From positions 124,001 through 188,000 of the forward strand of contig QPMI01000157.1 in NCBI GenBank assembly GCA_004431415.1: a DNA stretch of 64,000 nucleotides, written 5' to 3'. This DNA is from Cyanophora paradoxa CCMP329 (Eukaryota; Plantae; Glaucophyta). This document shows, piece after piece, positions 43,678 through 54,620 of this stretch. The stretch's first letter is position 1. Every line of letters starts with the position of its first letter. The notes beneath the pieces are model-generated. The model was not told the origin of the DNA and did not search any database. It saw only the letters and a list, made by a program, of their open reading frames with translations. The position numbers and the translations under genes were made by a program.

Positions 43678-44859
43678 ATGGCTCGCTCGCGGAGGAGCCC
43701 ATCGTGGGCCCCTCTGTTCGTAGTCGTCTTGACCATCATTCTGCTCGTCGCCTGTGCCGAGGCGGCGCAGAAACGCAAGTCAACGGCCACTGGTGCGCGC
43801 AAGTCGGCCAAACCCAAGACGGCGACGACCCCCGCGCCCCAGGCCCGGAGGTCGTCATCTCGTCTTCAAGCTCCGGCCAACGACAGTGCGGAGGAGGAGC
43901 AGCCTGCACCTCCGCCGACGCGATCTCGCAAAGGCAAGGAGAAAGCCGTGTCGCCGGATCCGGACCAGCAGCAGTCCGACCCAGAAGATGAACCTGAGGA
44001 CGACGTTGCCGTTAGACTGGCACAGCGTGAGCAGTTCGGTGGCGCCTACGACGAGGAAGAGCAAGTGGCTGCGCGCAACTTTCCGAACTTGGCGCAAGTG
44101 GATCCGGGCGCGGCTGGCCCGTCAACCGGCTTCACCCGTCACCTTCAAGGCCCTTATGCTGTACCCGCTGGCAACTCGACTGCCCCAACGTCGACCAAAC
44201 CGGCAGCGGGTGCGCTTCCGCCAGCGTGGGCTGAGCTACTTCAGCGTGGGATAGATAGCGCGGTCATCAAGCTTCAAGAGCAGCAGCAGCAGCAGCTCGG
44301 CGAGCAGCAGAAAGACAACCATGAGGCTATGCAGCTCAAAAACCCGTGGCTTCGTGAGCTTGCCCTGCAGCTATCGCAGCTTAAGTTTCAGCTCAAGAGA
44401 TGCTCTTCGTGCACTGCGTGCTACGATCACGTAAAGCAGAGCCTCAAAATCCTCGACGAGCTCCGGAAGCGGATCGACATTCGCGACAAGGGCGGCGACA
44501 AGCTTGCCGAGCGGCTGGCAGGTGTGCCAGAGGAGTATCGGGGCACGGCTGCGGCGCTGGCGCACGCGCTCAACATTGCTGGCCCGGAGGCCGCCGGCGG
44601 GCGCCCGTATGTGCAGCACGCCAACCCGCGGCCCCAGCACCAGGGCCGCGATCGCCCGCCGTCGCAGCGCAACAGCGGGATGTGTTTCCGCTGCAACAAG
44701 CCCGGGCATGTCGTGAAGGATTGCCCGAACGAGCCGCGCCCCGGCTGGCGCGACCCCCCAAGTAGACGTGCGCGCCCTTGTGTGGACGCGCAGTTTTCGT
44801 TTCGCATTTCGCTAGATACTAGTGTTTCGGTGTGTTCTTGCAAGCATAAGTATTGCTAG
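43678..44859 (+). CDS. Gag-like protein with CCHC zinc knuckle
   Basis: CFRCNKPGHVVKDC. The real stop is probably the TAG at ~44765 after a C-run frameshift. Confidence 0.8.
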   Translation: MARSRRSPSWAPLFVVVLTIILLVACAEAAQKRKSTATGARKSAKPKTATTPAPQARRSSSRLQAPANDSAEEEQPAPPPTRSRKGKEKAVSPDPDQQQSDPEDEPEDDVAVRLAQREQFGGAYDEEEQVAARNFPNLAQVDPGAAGPSTGFTRHLQGPYAVPAGNSTAPTSTKPAAGALPPAWAELLQRGIDSAVIKLQEQQQQQLGEQQKDNHEAMQLKNPWLRELALQLSQLKFQLKRCSSCTACYDHVKQSLKILDELRKRIDIRDKGGDKLAERLAGVPEEYRGTAAALAHALNIAGPEAAGGRPYVQHANPRPQHQGRDRPPSQRNSGMCFRCNKPGHVVKDCPNEPRPGWRDPPSRRARPCVDAQFSFRISLDTSVSVCSCKHKYC

Positions 44860-45786
44860 CATATGCAAGTGCAGTCTTCAGAAGATCTAGAGTGTGCGTG
44901 TATGCTTCCCTAAACATGCAATACATGTATTATGCTTCCATTTCATGTGATGGTGTACATGTGGCCGGGTGCGGCATTGTGGCCGGGTGCGGCATAGTCA
45001 TTACCAGCCGTGGTGGCGCCGGCGTGCTGTGGCTTTATGCATTGGTCCTGTGTGCATTTGCATGTGTTAACACTGTGAAGTGTGACTGTGATTGTAGTCT
45101 ACTTTTCTTTTCAATGCTAGTGGCATATATTGCCGTCTGGATGACTCCAACCTGGCAGAGCCCCAGCTGACTCCCGGCAACTGACCTGTTTCCAGCACAG
45201 GTCAGGAGTGCTGCTGGCTGTCGAGCTCCTGGCCCCTCCGGCCTTCCCGTGTGTCGCTATCGCATACTGGGCGCTCTGAAATTAACCTAGTGCATTTTGC
45301 AGGTGAGGAGTACACAAGGGTACGAAGATTCCATGATGCCAACTGTTCCCGCTGATATCGCAGGTTGGCGCATTCATCCAGAAAGTCCATGCCTGTGCAA
45401 ATGTGTTGTGGCACTGTGGGTGCATTGTGGCACTGTGTGTGCATGTGAGCTCAAGACTTGAACCAACAAGCACATTGACACGCTCACTCTTATATTCTTC
45501 ATGACAAGACATGTTGTGCTTAGCTTGCTGTAAGCAAGGCTGCCGTGGCAGCCATACTCGAACCTATGTGAGCGTCAGCGTAGCATAGGGCAGTGTATGG
45601 CTGCCAAATAAAGGCAGCCTTGCTTACGCACATATGTACAAGGGGCGCACTTACAAGTTATAAGTGCGCCCCTGGGGTACAAGCCTCAGTCTTGCTTCGC
45701 AGCCAAGGCCTCTAAGCTTCTTCCCGTTCGCGTGTCACCATCTTCAAGCCAGCGGCTGCATGGACCATCAGCTGTAGCAGTGCTAG

Positions 45787-47751
45787 ATGGGCACCGCGAT
45801 AATTGGGCATGTCTGCCAATGCAAGGCCTCACCTCACTTTGCAGGAGGCTTTGTTGCATCCTGCATTCAAGCTGCAGTCCAACAGTGGAGAGCGATTGGA
45901 GCCAATGATGTCGTGCTCAACTGGATCTTGCGTGGTTTCCCTTTGTCAGGAGCGAGGCGGCTGCCAGCAGAGCGCCGGGCCAACCACAAGTCTGCGGCTG
46001 TGGACCATCAGGACTTTGTGAGAACCGAAATTCAGAAGCTTTTGCGCACGGGAGCGATCAGAGAAGTTGAAGAAGCTCAAGTGAACATTGTCTGCTCACT
46101 GTCCGTGGTGCCCAAGAAGACTGGATCCAAGTTGCGGCTCATCTGGGATGGCCGGCCTACCAATAAAGGCCTTCCGGACATCCCCTTCAAGTATGAGACT
46201 CTTGAGCATGTTGCAGCCATGCTGCGCCAAGGCTGGTACATGTTCACTATTGACCTTGAATCTGGATACCACCACGTGCCAGTCTCACCGCAAGACTGGC
46301 GGAACATGGGCTTTGAGTTTGACAGCAAATTCTATGTGTACACAGTTTTGCCCTTCGGCCTCAAGCACTCACCGTTTGCATTCGTCAAGATCATGCGACA
46401 AGTGGTCAACTACTTCCGCCGCTTTGGCATCTTCGTGGTGAACTATGTTGACGACTGGTGGTTTGCTGCTCCAACCTACGAGAAGGCCTGTGAATTGCGG
46501 GATTTCGTCCTCAAAACATTTGCTGCCCTCAAGCTTGTGGTCAACAGCAAATCTGAGCTCACCCCAGCACAGTCGGTGGCTTTCTTGGGCTTCATAGTGG
46601 ACTCCGCCCGCATGTTGTTTGAAGTACCCCAAGACAAGCTTGGTCGTCTGCTTGCTTTGATCAAAGGGCTTCTGAAGAAAAAGAAATCAGCATCTGCACG
46701 TGAAATGGCCAAGGTCGCCGGCACCCTTGTGTCCATGGCACGGGGCTTGGCTCCAGCTCGCATCAAGACCAGGTCCCTCTTTCGATACATCAATGTCGTG
46801 GCAAGAGAATGGCATTGGAATCATCCAGTGGAGCTCACCAATGAGACTCGTCGGGAACTTGAGTGGTGGCTGGCCAACATCCACCGATACAATGGCCGCT
46901 GCCCTATTCGGCCTGAAAGGCTCTTTGTGTTGACTACGGATGCAAGCCATGTTGGTGCAGGAGCCTGGATCACTACCCGAATTGGTGATGCTCAACCTGT
47001 GGCTTGGGAGCTTGAGCCTGCCCCATTCCAGTGCCTGTGGAACCAAGAAGAAGCTCAGCAAATTTCGTCGTGGCGCGAGTTAATGGCAGTGCTTCGCGCT
47101 ATGCAGCACTATCAAGGTTTATTGCGCAATCAGAACATCTTAGTTCGCTCGGACAACACAGTGACTGTGGCCTACATCAACAATGGTGGCGGAAGACATG
47201 AATACCTTTGCCGAGTTGCAGCAGCAATTTGGGATATTGCTCTGCTCAATTGCATCAGCATTGAAGCAGAACACATTCCTGGTGTTGACAATGAGTGGTC
47301 CGATGCTTTGAGTCGCTACTTTTACCCCGCCGACTACTCTTTGAAACCTGGGTATTTTGCCATGGTCAGTCGGACATTTGGACCTTTTGATATTGATCGT
47401 ATGGCCTCATCAGCCAACACTCACCTAAATCGATACTTTTCCATTGATTTGAATGATCGACATGCTGAAGGATATGATTGCTTTACAGCAACCTGGCGTG
47501 GTGCTCGTAATTACGTCTTTCCGGACCCAAATGTTCTCTTGCACCTTGTGTCACATGTCCGCCAGTGTAGGGCCTCGGCAGTTTTTATTGTCCCTCAGTG
47601 GCCCTCAGCTCCATGGTGGCCACAGTTGCAGCTTGCCTTGCGTGCACCTGCAATGGTGCTTGGCCCAGCATATGACGTGTGCTATCGCGGGCCTCGCTCG
47701 GCACAGTTACCTTCCTGGATTCTTGTTGCTCTTTATGTGTCGTGGGAGTAG
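45787..47751 (+). CDS. Reverse transcriptase - RNase H - Dam-like methyltransferase domain polyprotein (DIRS type)
   Basis: RT: IDLESGYHH, LPFGL, YVDD. RNase H: TTDAS, RELMAV, RSDN, HIPGVDN..SDALSR. MT-like: FGPFDIDRMAS...NYVFPDP...VPQWPSAPWW. Confidence 0.93.
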   Translation: MGTAIIGHVCQCKASPHFAGGFVASCIQAAVQQWRAIGANDVVLNWILRGFPLSGARRLPAERRANHKSAAVDHQDFVRTEIQKLLRTGAIREVEEAQVNIVCSLSVVPKKTGSKLRLIWDGRPTNKGLPDIPFKYETLEHVAAMLRQGWYMFTIDLESGYHHVPVSPQDWRNMGFEFDSKFYVYTVLPFGLKHSPFAFVKIMRQVVNYFRRFGIFVVNYVDDWWFAAPTYEKACELRDFVLKTFAALKLVVNSKSELTPAQSVAFLGFIVDSARMLFEVPQDKLGRLLALIKGLLKKKKSASAREMAKVAGTLVSMARGLAPARIKTRSLFRYINVVAREWHWNHPVELTNETRRELEWWLANIHRYNGRCPIRPERLFVLTTDASHVGAGAWITTRIGDAQPVAWELEPAPFQCLWNQEEAQQISSWRELMAVLRAMQHYQGLLRNQNILVRSDNTVTVAYINNGGGRHEYLCRVAAAIWDIALLNCISIEAEHIPGVDNEWSDALSRYFYPADYSLKPGYFAMVSRTFGPFDIDRMASSANTHLNRYFSIDLNDRHAEGYDCFTATWRGARNYVFPDPNVLLHLVSHVRQCRASAVFIVPQWPSAPWWPQLQLALRAPAMVLGPAYDVCYRGPRSAQLPSWILVALYVSWE

Positions 47752-47907
47752 ATTGAAGGCTCTTGCTGCAGAATTCAACTCCTGCTCATCTCTGCTCAGC
47801 TTACTTTGTCCAGCAACAGGGATAGAAAGCTTGAGTGGGGGGCTTTAAAAAGAAGAAGAAGAAATGTAGTCTGACATACCCTTGACTCTGGTGATGCAGG
47901 TGCTCGT

Positions 47908-48908
47908 ATGGCTGATCTGCTCAACCGGGTCACTTTCTACAGAACAAACTCTGTGAGCGAGCGAACCCAAAGCCTCTACGCCCGCTGGGTCGTCCTCTAT
48001 GAAGGCCATTGCGCGGTTCACTGCATTCCAGCCTGGCCACCAACAGCTTCTGGCGTCGCAACACTGCTGGTGGCTCTTGCTGATGAAGAGTACGGTCTCT
48101 CAGCAATTGACCAGTGTCACTCTGCTCTGCTACATCAGACAAGGCAGAGGATGTTGCCTACTACTGCATTTGCTCACCCCCTTGTGCTGCAAACATTGCA
48201 AGGAATCGCCCGACTTTGTGGAAAACCAGCAAAGCAATCTGCATTGGTCACGTCCGTCCACCTGGAGGCGATTGCTCGTACCTACGCTCGTTCCCCTCAA
48301 ACAAGCTCCTTCGCGCCCTTGTGATGTTGCTTACCGGTTTCTTTGGCCTGTTGCGGCGTGGCGAAATCGTGGCACTCCGGCGGCAAGATGTGTCCATCCG
48401 CGCGGATCGCGTCGTGCTCTTCATTGCCGGTTCCAAGACCGATCGTCGTCGCCAAGGCGCGCAAGTTGTCTTGGGCGCCGTCCCAGAGTCGGTCATCTGT
48501 CCGGTGTTCTGGTTTCGAACCTACTTGCGGACTCTAGCGCTCGCGGATCCGGGCGCACCTCTTTTTGGGCAGCTTCGGGACGCAGCTCGTTCTCTGTCAG
48601 CTCAGACCGTGGCCTATGTTCTCCGGTTCGCATTTGACGCGGCGGGCTTGGACGCCACTGGTATCACACCTCATGGCTTGCGTCGCGGTGGAGCTACTGC
48701 TCTGGCTGCTGCGGGCGTGCCTGAAGAGCTTGTTCAAGCGGTTGGTCGCTGGTCTTTGTTGTCAGCGGTCTACCGACGCTATATCGATTCTGCTGAGCGC
48801 CCGCCCTTGGCTGCGCTCATGGCTAGGCCTGGTGCTCGTTACGCTGGCCCGTCAGCTTCGCTGCAGTCATGTCGGCAGCAAGTCGCGCGTACTCGGCGCA
48901 GTAGTTGA
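47908..48908 (+). CDS. Tyrosine recombinase (one apparent frameshift near 48295)
   Basis: GFFGLLRRGE, SKTD, HGLRRGGAT and GRW...YRRY. The frameshift is absent from the second copy. Confidence 0.9.
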
Positions 48909-49679
48909 TTGTCTAGTCTTAGAGTCTTGCTTCGCAGTTGTGCGCCTTTGCTGTGCTGTCGGCGCTTGTCTCCCTCGCTCACAAGCGAGGGCAAGCTGTG
49001 TAACTTGCTGAGCGGCTTGTTCCCTAGCCGCTCGAGCGGCTTTGCTTAGCCGCTTTCAATGTGTGTTAGCAATGCCCATTGTTTACTATGCCTTCAGTCA
49101 TCTTTAAGCCATTGTTAGTGCCAACCATTGATATCTTTTGATGAATAATTGATCAACAATTGATCACTAATGTTCAATCATTCTACGTCCGCAAGACTCA
49201 CTCTGCAGCGTGCGCTAGCTGATGTCCTCGAGCGCAGTTGCAGCTTGCCCTTCTTGTGAGCGAGCGAGTCATGATCTTAGCTTCGCGGCTTTGGCAAGCG
49301 CGAATCTAGACCTTCACTTCATGACAAGACATGTTGTGCTTAGCTTGCTGTAAGCAAGGCTGCCGTGGCAGCCATACGTCCATATATATATAGATTCCTT
49401 TGCTCCTTCATTTATATATATATATATATTATATTGTGTCCTTTGCTCCTTATATATATGTTGCAATTGATTGATTTGAACCCCATGCACATGCAATATG
49501 CTTCATGGCATGTGCATTAATCAAAGAGCACACCAAATCCCCTCCCCTCCACACCCTCCGCTTCTTCCCTCCCCCTCCCCCCCCCCCCCCCCCCCCCCCC
49601 GCCCCCCTCGCGGGTCCCCCCCTCTCCCCTGCGGATCCCCGCAATCGCCCGCCGCCCTGCTTTGGGCGGCGCCGCCCAA

Positions 49680-51943
49680 GCGGCGGGAGTCGGAGCCCTT
49701 CGTGGACACGGGCCTCGAGGGGCGCGACGTCGCCGTCCTCCGCGACCCGACCGGCGAGGAGCGGCCCTACTGGTCCGCCCCGCGCCCCCGACGCGCCCCG
49801 GCCCCCGCCCCGCCCCGCTGAGGCGGGCGCAGGGAGGGCGGCCTGGGCCCGCAGCTGCCCGAGTACGAGTGGACGCCCTCGCCCTCCGCCGGGGACTCCG
49901 CCTCCCAGCCCAGCGCCTTCGTGCGCCCCGCCCCGCCCCGCCCCGCCCGGCGCGCGCGGGGGCCGTCTGACGCCAGCGGGGGCCCCAGGAGGTGCTCAAG
50001 CGCTACGCGTCGGTGAAGGAGGAGGAGCCGGCGGCGGCCGCGGCGGGCCCGGCGGCGGCGCTCCCCGCCTTCCAGTCGCGCTCCATGAAGCCCCCCGCAA
50101 GCCGCCCCGCAGGGACCCCGCCGGCAGCGCCGGCAGCGGCGGCCCCGGCGCCGGCTCCCGGCCGGGATCGCGCGGGGACGGGGCGGGGCGGAGGGGCGGC
50201 GACGGGGCGGGGCAGAGCGGGGGTCGGGGGCCGGGCTCGGGCGGGGGCAGCCGCCCCGGCAGCCGCCAGGGCCCGGCTCCCAGCGCTCCAGCGGCAGCGG
50301 CTCGCAGCGCGCGACCACGCCGCAGGCCGGCTCCTTTGACGAGGGGCACGGCGCCGGGCCCGAGCGGGGCGCGTCGGCCGGCGCCGGCTCGCAGCGGGCG
50401 CGGCCCGGCTCCCGCGGGCCCTCCCCGCCGGCGCCCCCGGCTCGGGCGGCGGGGGCGCGGACCCGGCTCGGGCCCCGGCAGCCGCGGCGGCGCCGGCTCC
50501 GGAGGCGGCGCCGGGGCCGGCTTCGCGGGCATCGCCGGCGCCCTCGGCGGCCGCACTCGGGCGCCTCGGTGCCGGGCTCCTCCCGCGGCGTCTTCGGCTC
50601 CGCCGCCGAGGGTACGACGACGGCGGCGAGGGCTCGGACCCGGACAGCCCCCGCTCGGCGGTGCGCCCGCGCGCGTCGCCCCCGCGCGCCCCATCTCACG
50701 CCGGCGCAGCGCTGGAGTGGACGGGCCAGTGGCCGCCGCCCCTGCCGCACGAGTCGGAGCTGGGCCCGGGCCCGCGGGGCGCCTCGCGGGGTGCCTCGCG
50801 GGGCGCCGGCTCGCAGGGCCGCCACGGCGCCGGCTCCGGCTCCGGCTCGAGCCCGGGCCCGGCCTCGGGCCTCGGCTCCCGCGCCGGCAGCCGCTCCGCC
50901 TCGGGCCCGAGGCCGGGCAGCCGGGGCGAGGCGGCGGCCTCGGGCGGCGCTGGCGCGGCGGCCGGGGTCGAGCTGGCGCTGGCGCGGGGCGCCTCGGCCT
51001 CGGCGGAGGCGGGGCCGGCGCGGGGCCACACGGCGGAGCGGGAGGGCGGGGCGTGGCGGGGGCGCTCGGCGGGCCTGGCCGCCCAGTTCCTCCAGTTCGA
51101 GCTGCGCCGCATGGCCCGCGCCGCCCGCACCCCCTCCACCCCTCCCGCCCCCCTCCCGCTCCTCCCTCCGCTCCCGCCAGCGCCCCCGCCGCGCCGGCCC
51201 CGGGGCGGGGGAGCCCCTCCGCCGGGCCGCGGCGGCCTCCGCTGCATGACGCCCGACTCGGCCTCCGTCGCCTCCGCCCCGCGCCTCCCCTCGGCCCCGG
51301 CCGCCATGGCCGCCCCGCCGGGCTCCCCGCAGCGGCGGGGCCCGGCGGTGCAGACGCAGCCCTCGCCGGCCGCCGCCACCGCCCTCGCCCTCGTGCCCCC
51401 GTCCCGCTCCCCGCGCCCCGCCTCCTGCTCCTCAACCCCCGCCCGCCCGGCCCCGCGCTTCCGCCTCTCCGCCCTCCCCGCGCCCCCGCCCCGCGCGCTC
51501 CCCGTCCCCGTCGGTGTCCCCCCCGCCTCGCCCGCCCGCCCCGGGGCCCCGGCGGCCGCCCGGCGGCCGACCTCTCGTCCGCCGCCGCCCTCCTCCTCGC
51601 CTCCCGCCCCTCCCGCTCCGCCTCCGCACCCGCCCTCCCTCCCGCCCCCGCCCCGCCCCCGCCCCGCCCCGATCGCGAGCCGCCGCCCAGCCCGCCCCCC
51701 GGGGCCGCCGCCGGGGCGCCGCTGGCGCGGCCCCACACCCCTTCCTTTTCCCTTCTGAGGCCGCGGTCCCGGGCGGCTACTGCGGCGGGGGCCCCGAGCC
51801 TCGTCCGCGCGACGCAGCCCGTCGCCCTCAACAGCGGCGCTCCGCCACGGCCCTACTCCCTCAGCCCGCTGGCCCAGCTGCAGCGCGCCCCGTCCGCCTC
51901 GCACCTGCCCCTCCCCTCCAGCCTCTTCCCCATCTCGGTGTAG
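49680..51943 (+). CDS. GC-rich spliced host gene of unknown function (low-complexity Ser/Gly/Ala/Pro protein); boundaries approximate
   Basis: Coding-like segments (EPFVDTGLEGRDVAVLRDP; AQFLQFELRRM; SLFPISV*) separated by CCCCG-rich introns. Confidence 0.45.
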
Positions 51944-52391
51944 CCTGCCCTGAGCTGTGGCAACTGTGTCTATAATCGTTTTTCATGGGGTACGAAATTC
52001 TCAATTTTCCAGGGGGTACGGCCGGAGGGCCACTCGCAGCGCCGCCGGCCGCGTCGAATATTAATAGCTATATAGCTGGAAGCTCGCGATCGGTGTCGAA
52101 TAGCTGGAAAGCATCAGGTTAGACGCCGCGCATGTTGTCCCTATCCGTTGCGCTGGTCGCGCTGCGGCATGATCCGCGCAGCCGGTGCGCTGCATGCGCA
52201 GGTTCATGCGCGCTGCGGCATGCGATGATCGTCATCGATCATGGGAAGCGCTAGCTCGGCGTCAAGACCTTCAGTCACAAACCCGAGCGCGTCGCGCACG
52301 GTTCAAATTCCCTCGAACATCCGCCTCGCGGGTGTAGTTGGTCTGGTTCGATCGTTATGCGCGCTGCGTGACCTATCTGTTGATCATGCGA

Positions 52392-54210
52392 TCATGACTG
52401 CGGTGATGTCGATGCAGGAGCGCGAGCGCGAGTCGTACGCGAGCGCTTCGGCGCCGGAGAGCGAAGACCAGCATACGCAGCTGCCACAGCGGCAAGACAA
52501 GGTCAAGTACATCGAGCTGGTGCGATTACCAACGGAGGTGCTGCCGGCGTCGGAAAGTGGAGCCGGCCTGCCGCACGCGGCACTTGCGGTCGACGTGAGC
52601 AAGCAGAAGCGGTGCCGCTTCAGCACGCAGGGGCCCTTCCAGCTCGCTACATCCGCCGACTCGGCCTTCTGGGTCTCCCGTGCGGCCCCTCCCTGTTGCT
52701 ACCTTCGGGGGCGCTCGCTTCCGTTTCTTATGCGTCACCAGAGGCTGGCCGGCTGTTCCGATGGAGGCTGACGCTGCTGGACGCCCCCGGCTGTGACGGG
52801 TTCGAAGAGGAGCAGCCGCCGGAGCTGCCGGTGTCGGGCCTCCACCCGGGGGCTCGCGACCGGCTGAAGCAGGTCGCCTGCGGGGCCGGCTTCGTCCTCG
52901 CCCTCTCCGAAGAGGGCGCCCTCTTCGCTCGCGGCAGGTGGGTCATCAGGGACAGAGGGCGTCCTCGTGGGGCTCTAGCTGACGGTCCCGGGGCGGGCCG
53001 GGGCGCAGCAACGGGCTCGGGCAGCTGGGCCAAGACGGCGACGTGCCCCACGGGTACAGCTACTCCTTCCTGCGGGTGCCGTACAAGGCGCCGGTGGCGG
53101 CGGTGTCGGCGGGGCACGCCTTCGCCGCCCTCCTCACGGCGGGGGGCGAGGTGGCCACGTGGGGCGACAACTCGCACGGGCAGCTGGGGCACGGCCCGGC
53201 CCTCGGGCCCCTGCGCCGCCCGAGGGCGGTGACGGGCCTCCACCGGTGGAAGGCGTGCACGAGGGTCGCGTGCGGCCCGCAGCACGTCGTCGCCGTCGAC
53301 CACGAGGGCACCCTCCTCGCCTGGGGCCGCACCGGCCTCCCCCACGACGCCAGCGTCCGCCCGCCCGACCCCCGCCCGGCAGCTTCGCGTGTTCACGCGC
53401 CGGGGCGCAGGATCGGATGTGGGCGGCGCCCGGGGAGGTGCCCGGGGCGCCGCGGGGCGTGGTGCAGGTCGCCTGCGGGGGCGCTGTCGACGCCGACGGC
53501 CACACGGCCCTCCTCACCGGTGCGCGCCGCCTCGAGCCGAGCCGGGGGCCCCGCCCCTCGTTTCGACCCGGGGCGCCTGCGCTCAGCGGGGGGCGAGGTG
53601 CACACGTTCGGGCGGTGCGCGGAAGGGCAGCTGGGCCACCACTACGACCACGCAGCCCCCGAGGCCCCGTGCTACCCAGCCCAGGTCGGCACCCCCGGAT
53701 CCCCGCCGGCGCGCCGGCCCCGCGAGCCACGGCCGCGCCGCCGCGCAGATCGACGCGTCGCTGGTGGGCCGCGCGACGCACGTCTCCTGCGGGGCCTACG
53801 CCACGTACTTCCGCACGGGCGCGCCCTCGGTCTCGTATGCACCGATCGCGACGCTGGCACGCTCTGACTCCGGGCGCAGAGCGGGGCGAGATGTTCCGCT
53901 TGGGCCTGGGTCGGCGCGGCCCCCAGCAGATCATAATCGATGTGCGTGCGCCGCGGCGCCTGCGCCGCCGCTTCCCGATTCTACCTTGAAGCTCGCTGAT
54001 GAGGGCCGCCGGCAGGAGGGCGCTCACGTGGCCAGCGTCGTCTGCTCGAGCTTCCACGCCATCGCAGTCTGCGGTCCGCGCGCCCCGAAGGCGTGCCGGG
54101 GCCGTGCCTGGGCTCACAGGCGCCGCCCTCTGTGCAGACGTCTCGTCGGCGCGAGCAACCTGAGAGGTCGCCGCATCCCGGACTTGTGCTCTTGCGAGCG
54201 GGCGCGGTAA
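52392..54210 (+). CDS. RCC1-repeat protein (spliced host gene)
   Basis: Repeats QVACGAGFVLALSEEGALFARG, VSAGHAFAALLTAGGEVATWGDNSHGQLGHG, VACGPQHVVAVDHEGTLLAWG and GEVHTFGRCAEGQLGH. Confidence 0.82.
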
Positions 54211-54620
54211 TCTTGAAGGACCTTTCCCTCGAGCTCGGCGGCCCCATGGCCAGCGCTAGCTGCAAAACCAGCGCCCGCGCGCGCGCCCCGGCCGCGGGCC
54301 CGCGTCTCCTGCCGCCGCGGGAGAGCCGCCGCCGCACGCCACCCGCTCTCCGTCCCCGTCGGTGCACGTTTCACCAAGCCCTTCCCCTCTCGCTCGAGCC
54401 CTCTCGGCCGCCCTCCCCGATCGTCCGGGATCCGCGCGCGCGCCAGCGGTGCCGCCGGCACCCCTACCCGCTTCTCGTGAGTATCTAAGTATGAATGTTT
54501 AGTATCATGTAAGTACACTTGTGCCAGTGCGCTCGTACGCACGTGTGATCCAACACAGCTAGGTTTATGGATACGTGTGAACACTTCGTTCGCCGCGCCC
54601 AAACGGCTGCGGCGATTAGG

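Larger units (their letters stand above)
43511..49377 (+). mobile_element. Tyrosine-recombinase (DIRS/PAT-like) retrotransposon with split direct repeats: A1-gag-B1-A2-pol-YR-B2
   Basis: A (161 bp) at 43511-43671 and 45558-45718. B (61 bp) at 45497-45557 and 49317-49377. Gag, RT/RNaseH/MT and YR ORFs present. TAC is shared at both host junctions. Confidence 0.93.

Noticed and set aside
49505-51975. 812-aa and other overlapping ORFs as real proteins
   Set aside because: Artefacts of very high GC content; the real gene is spliced and changes frame.
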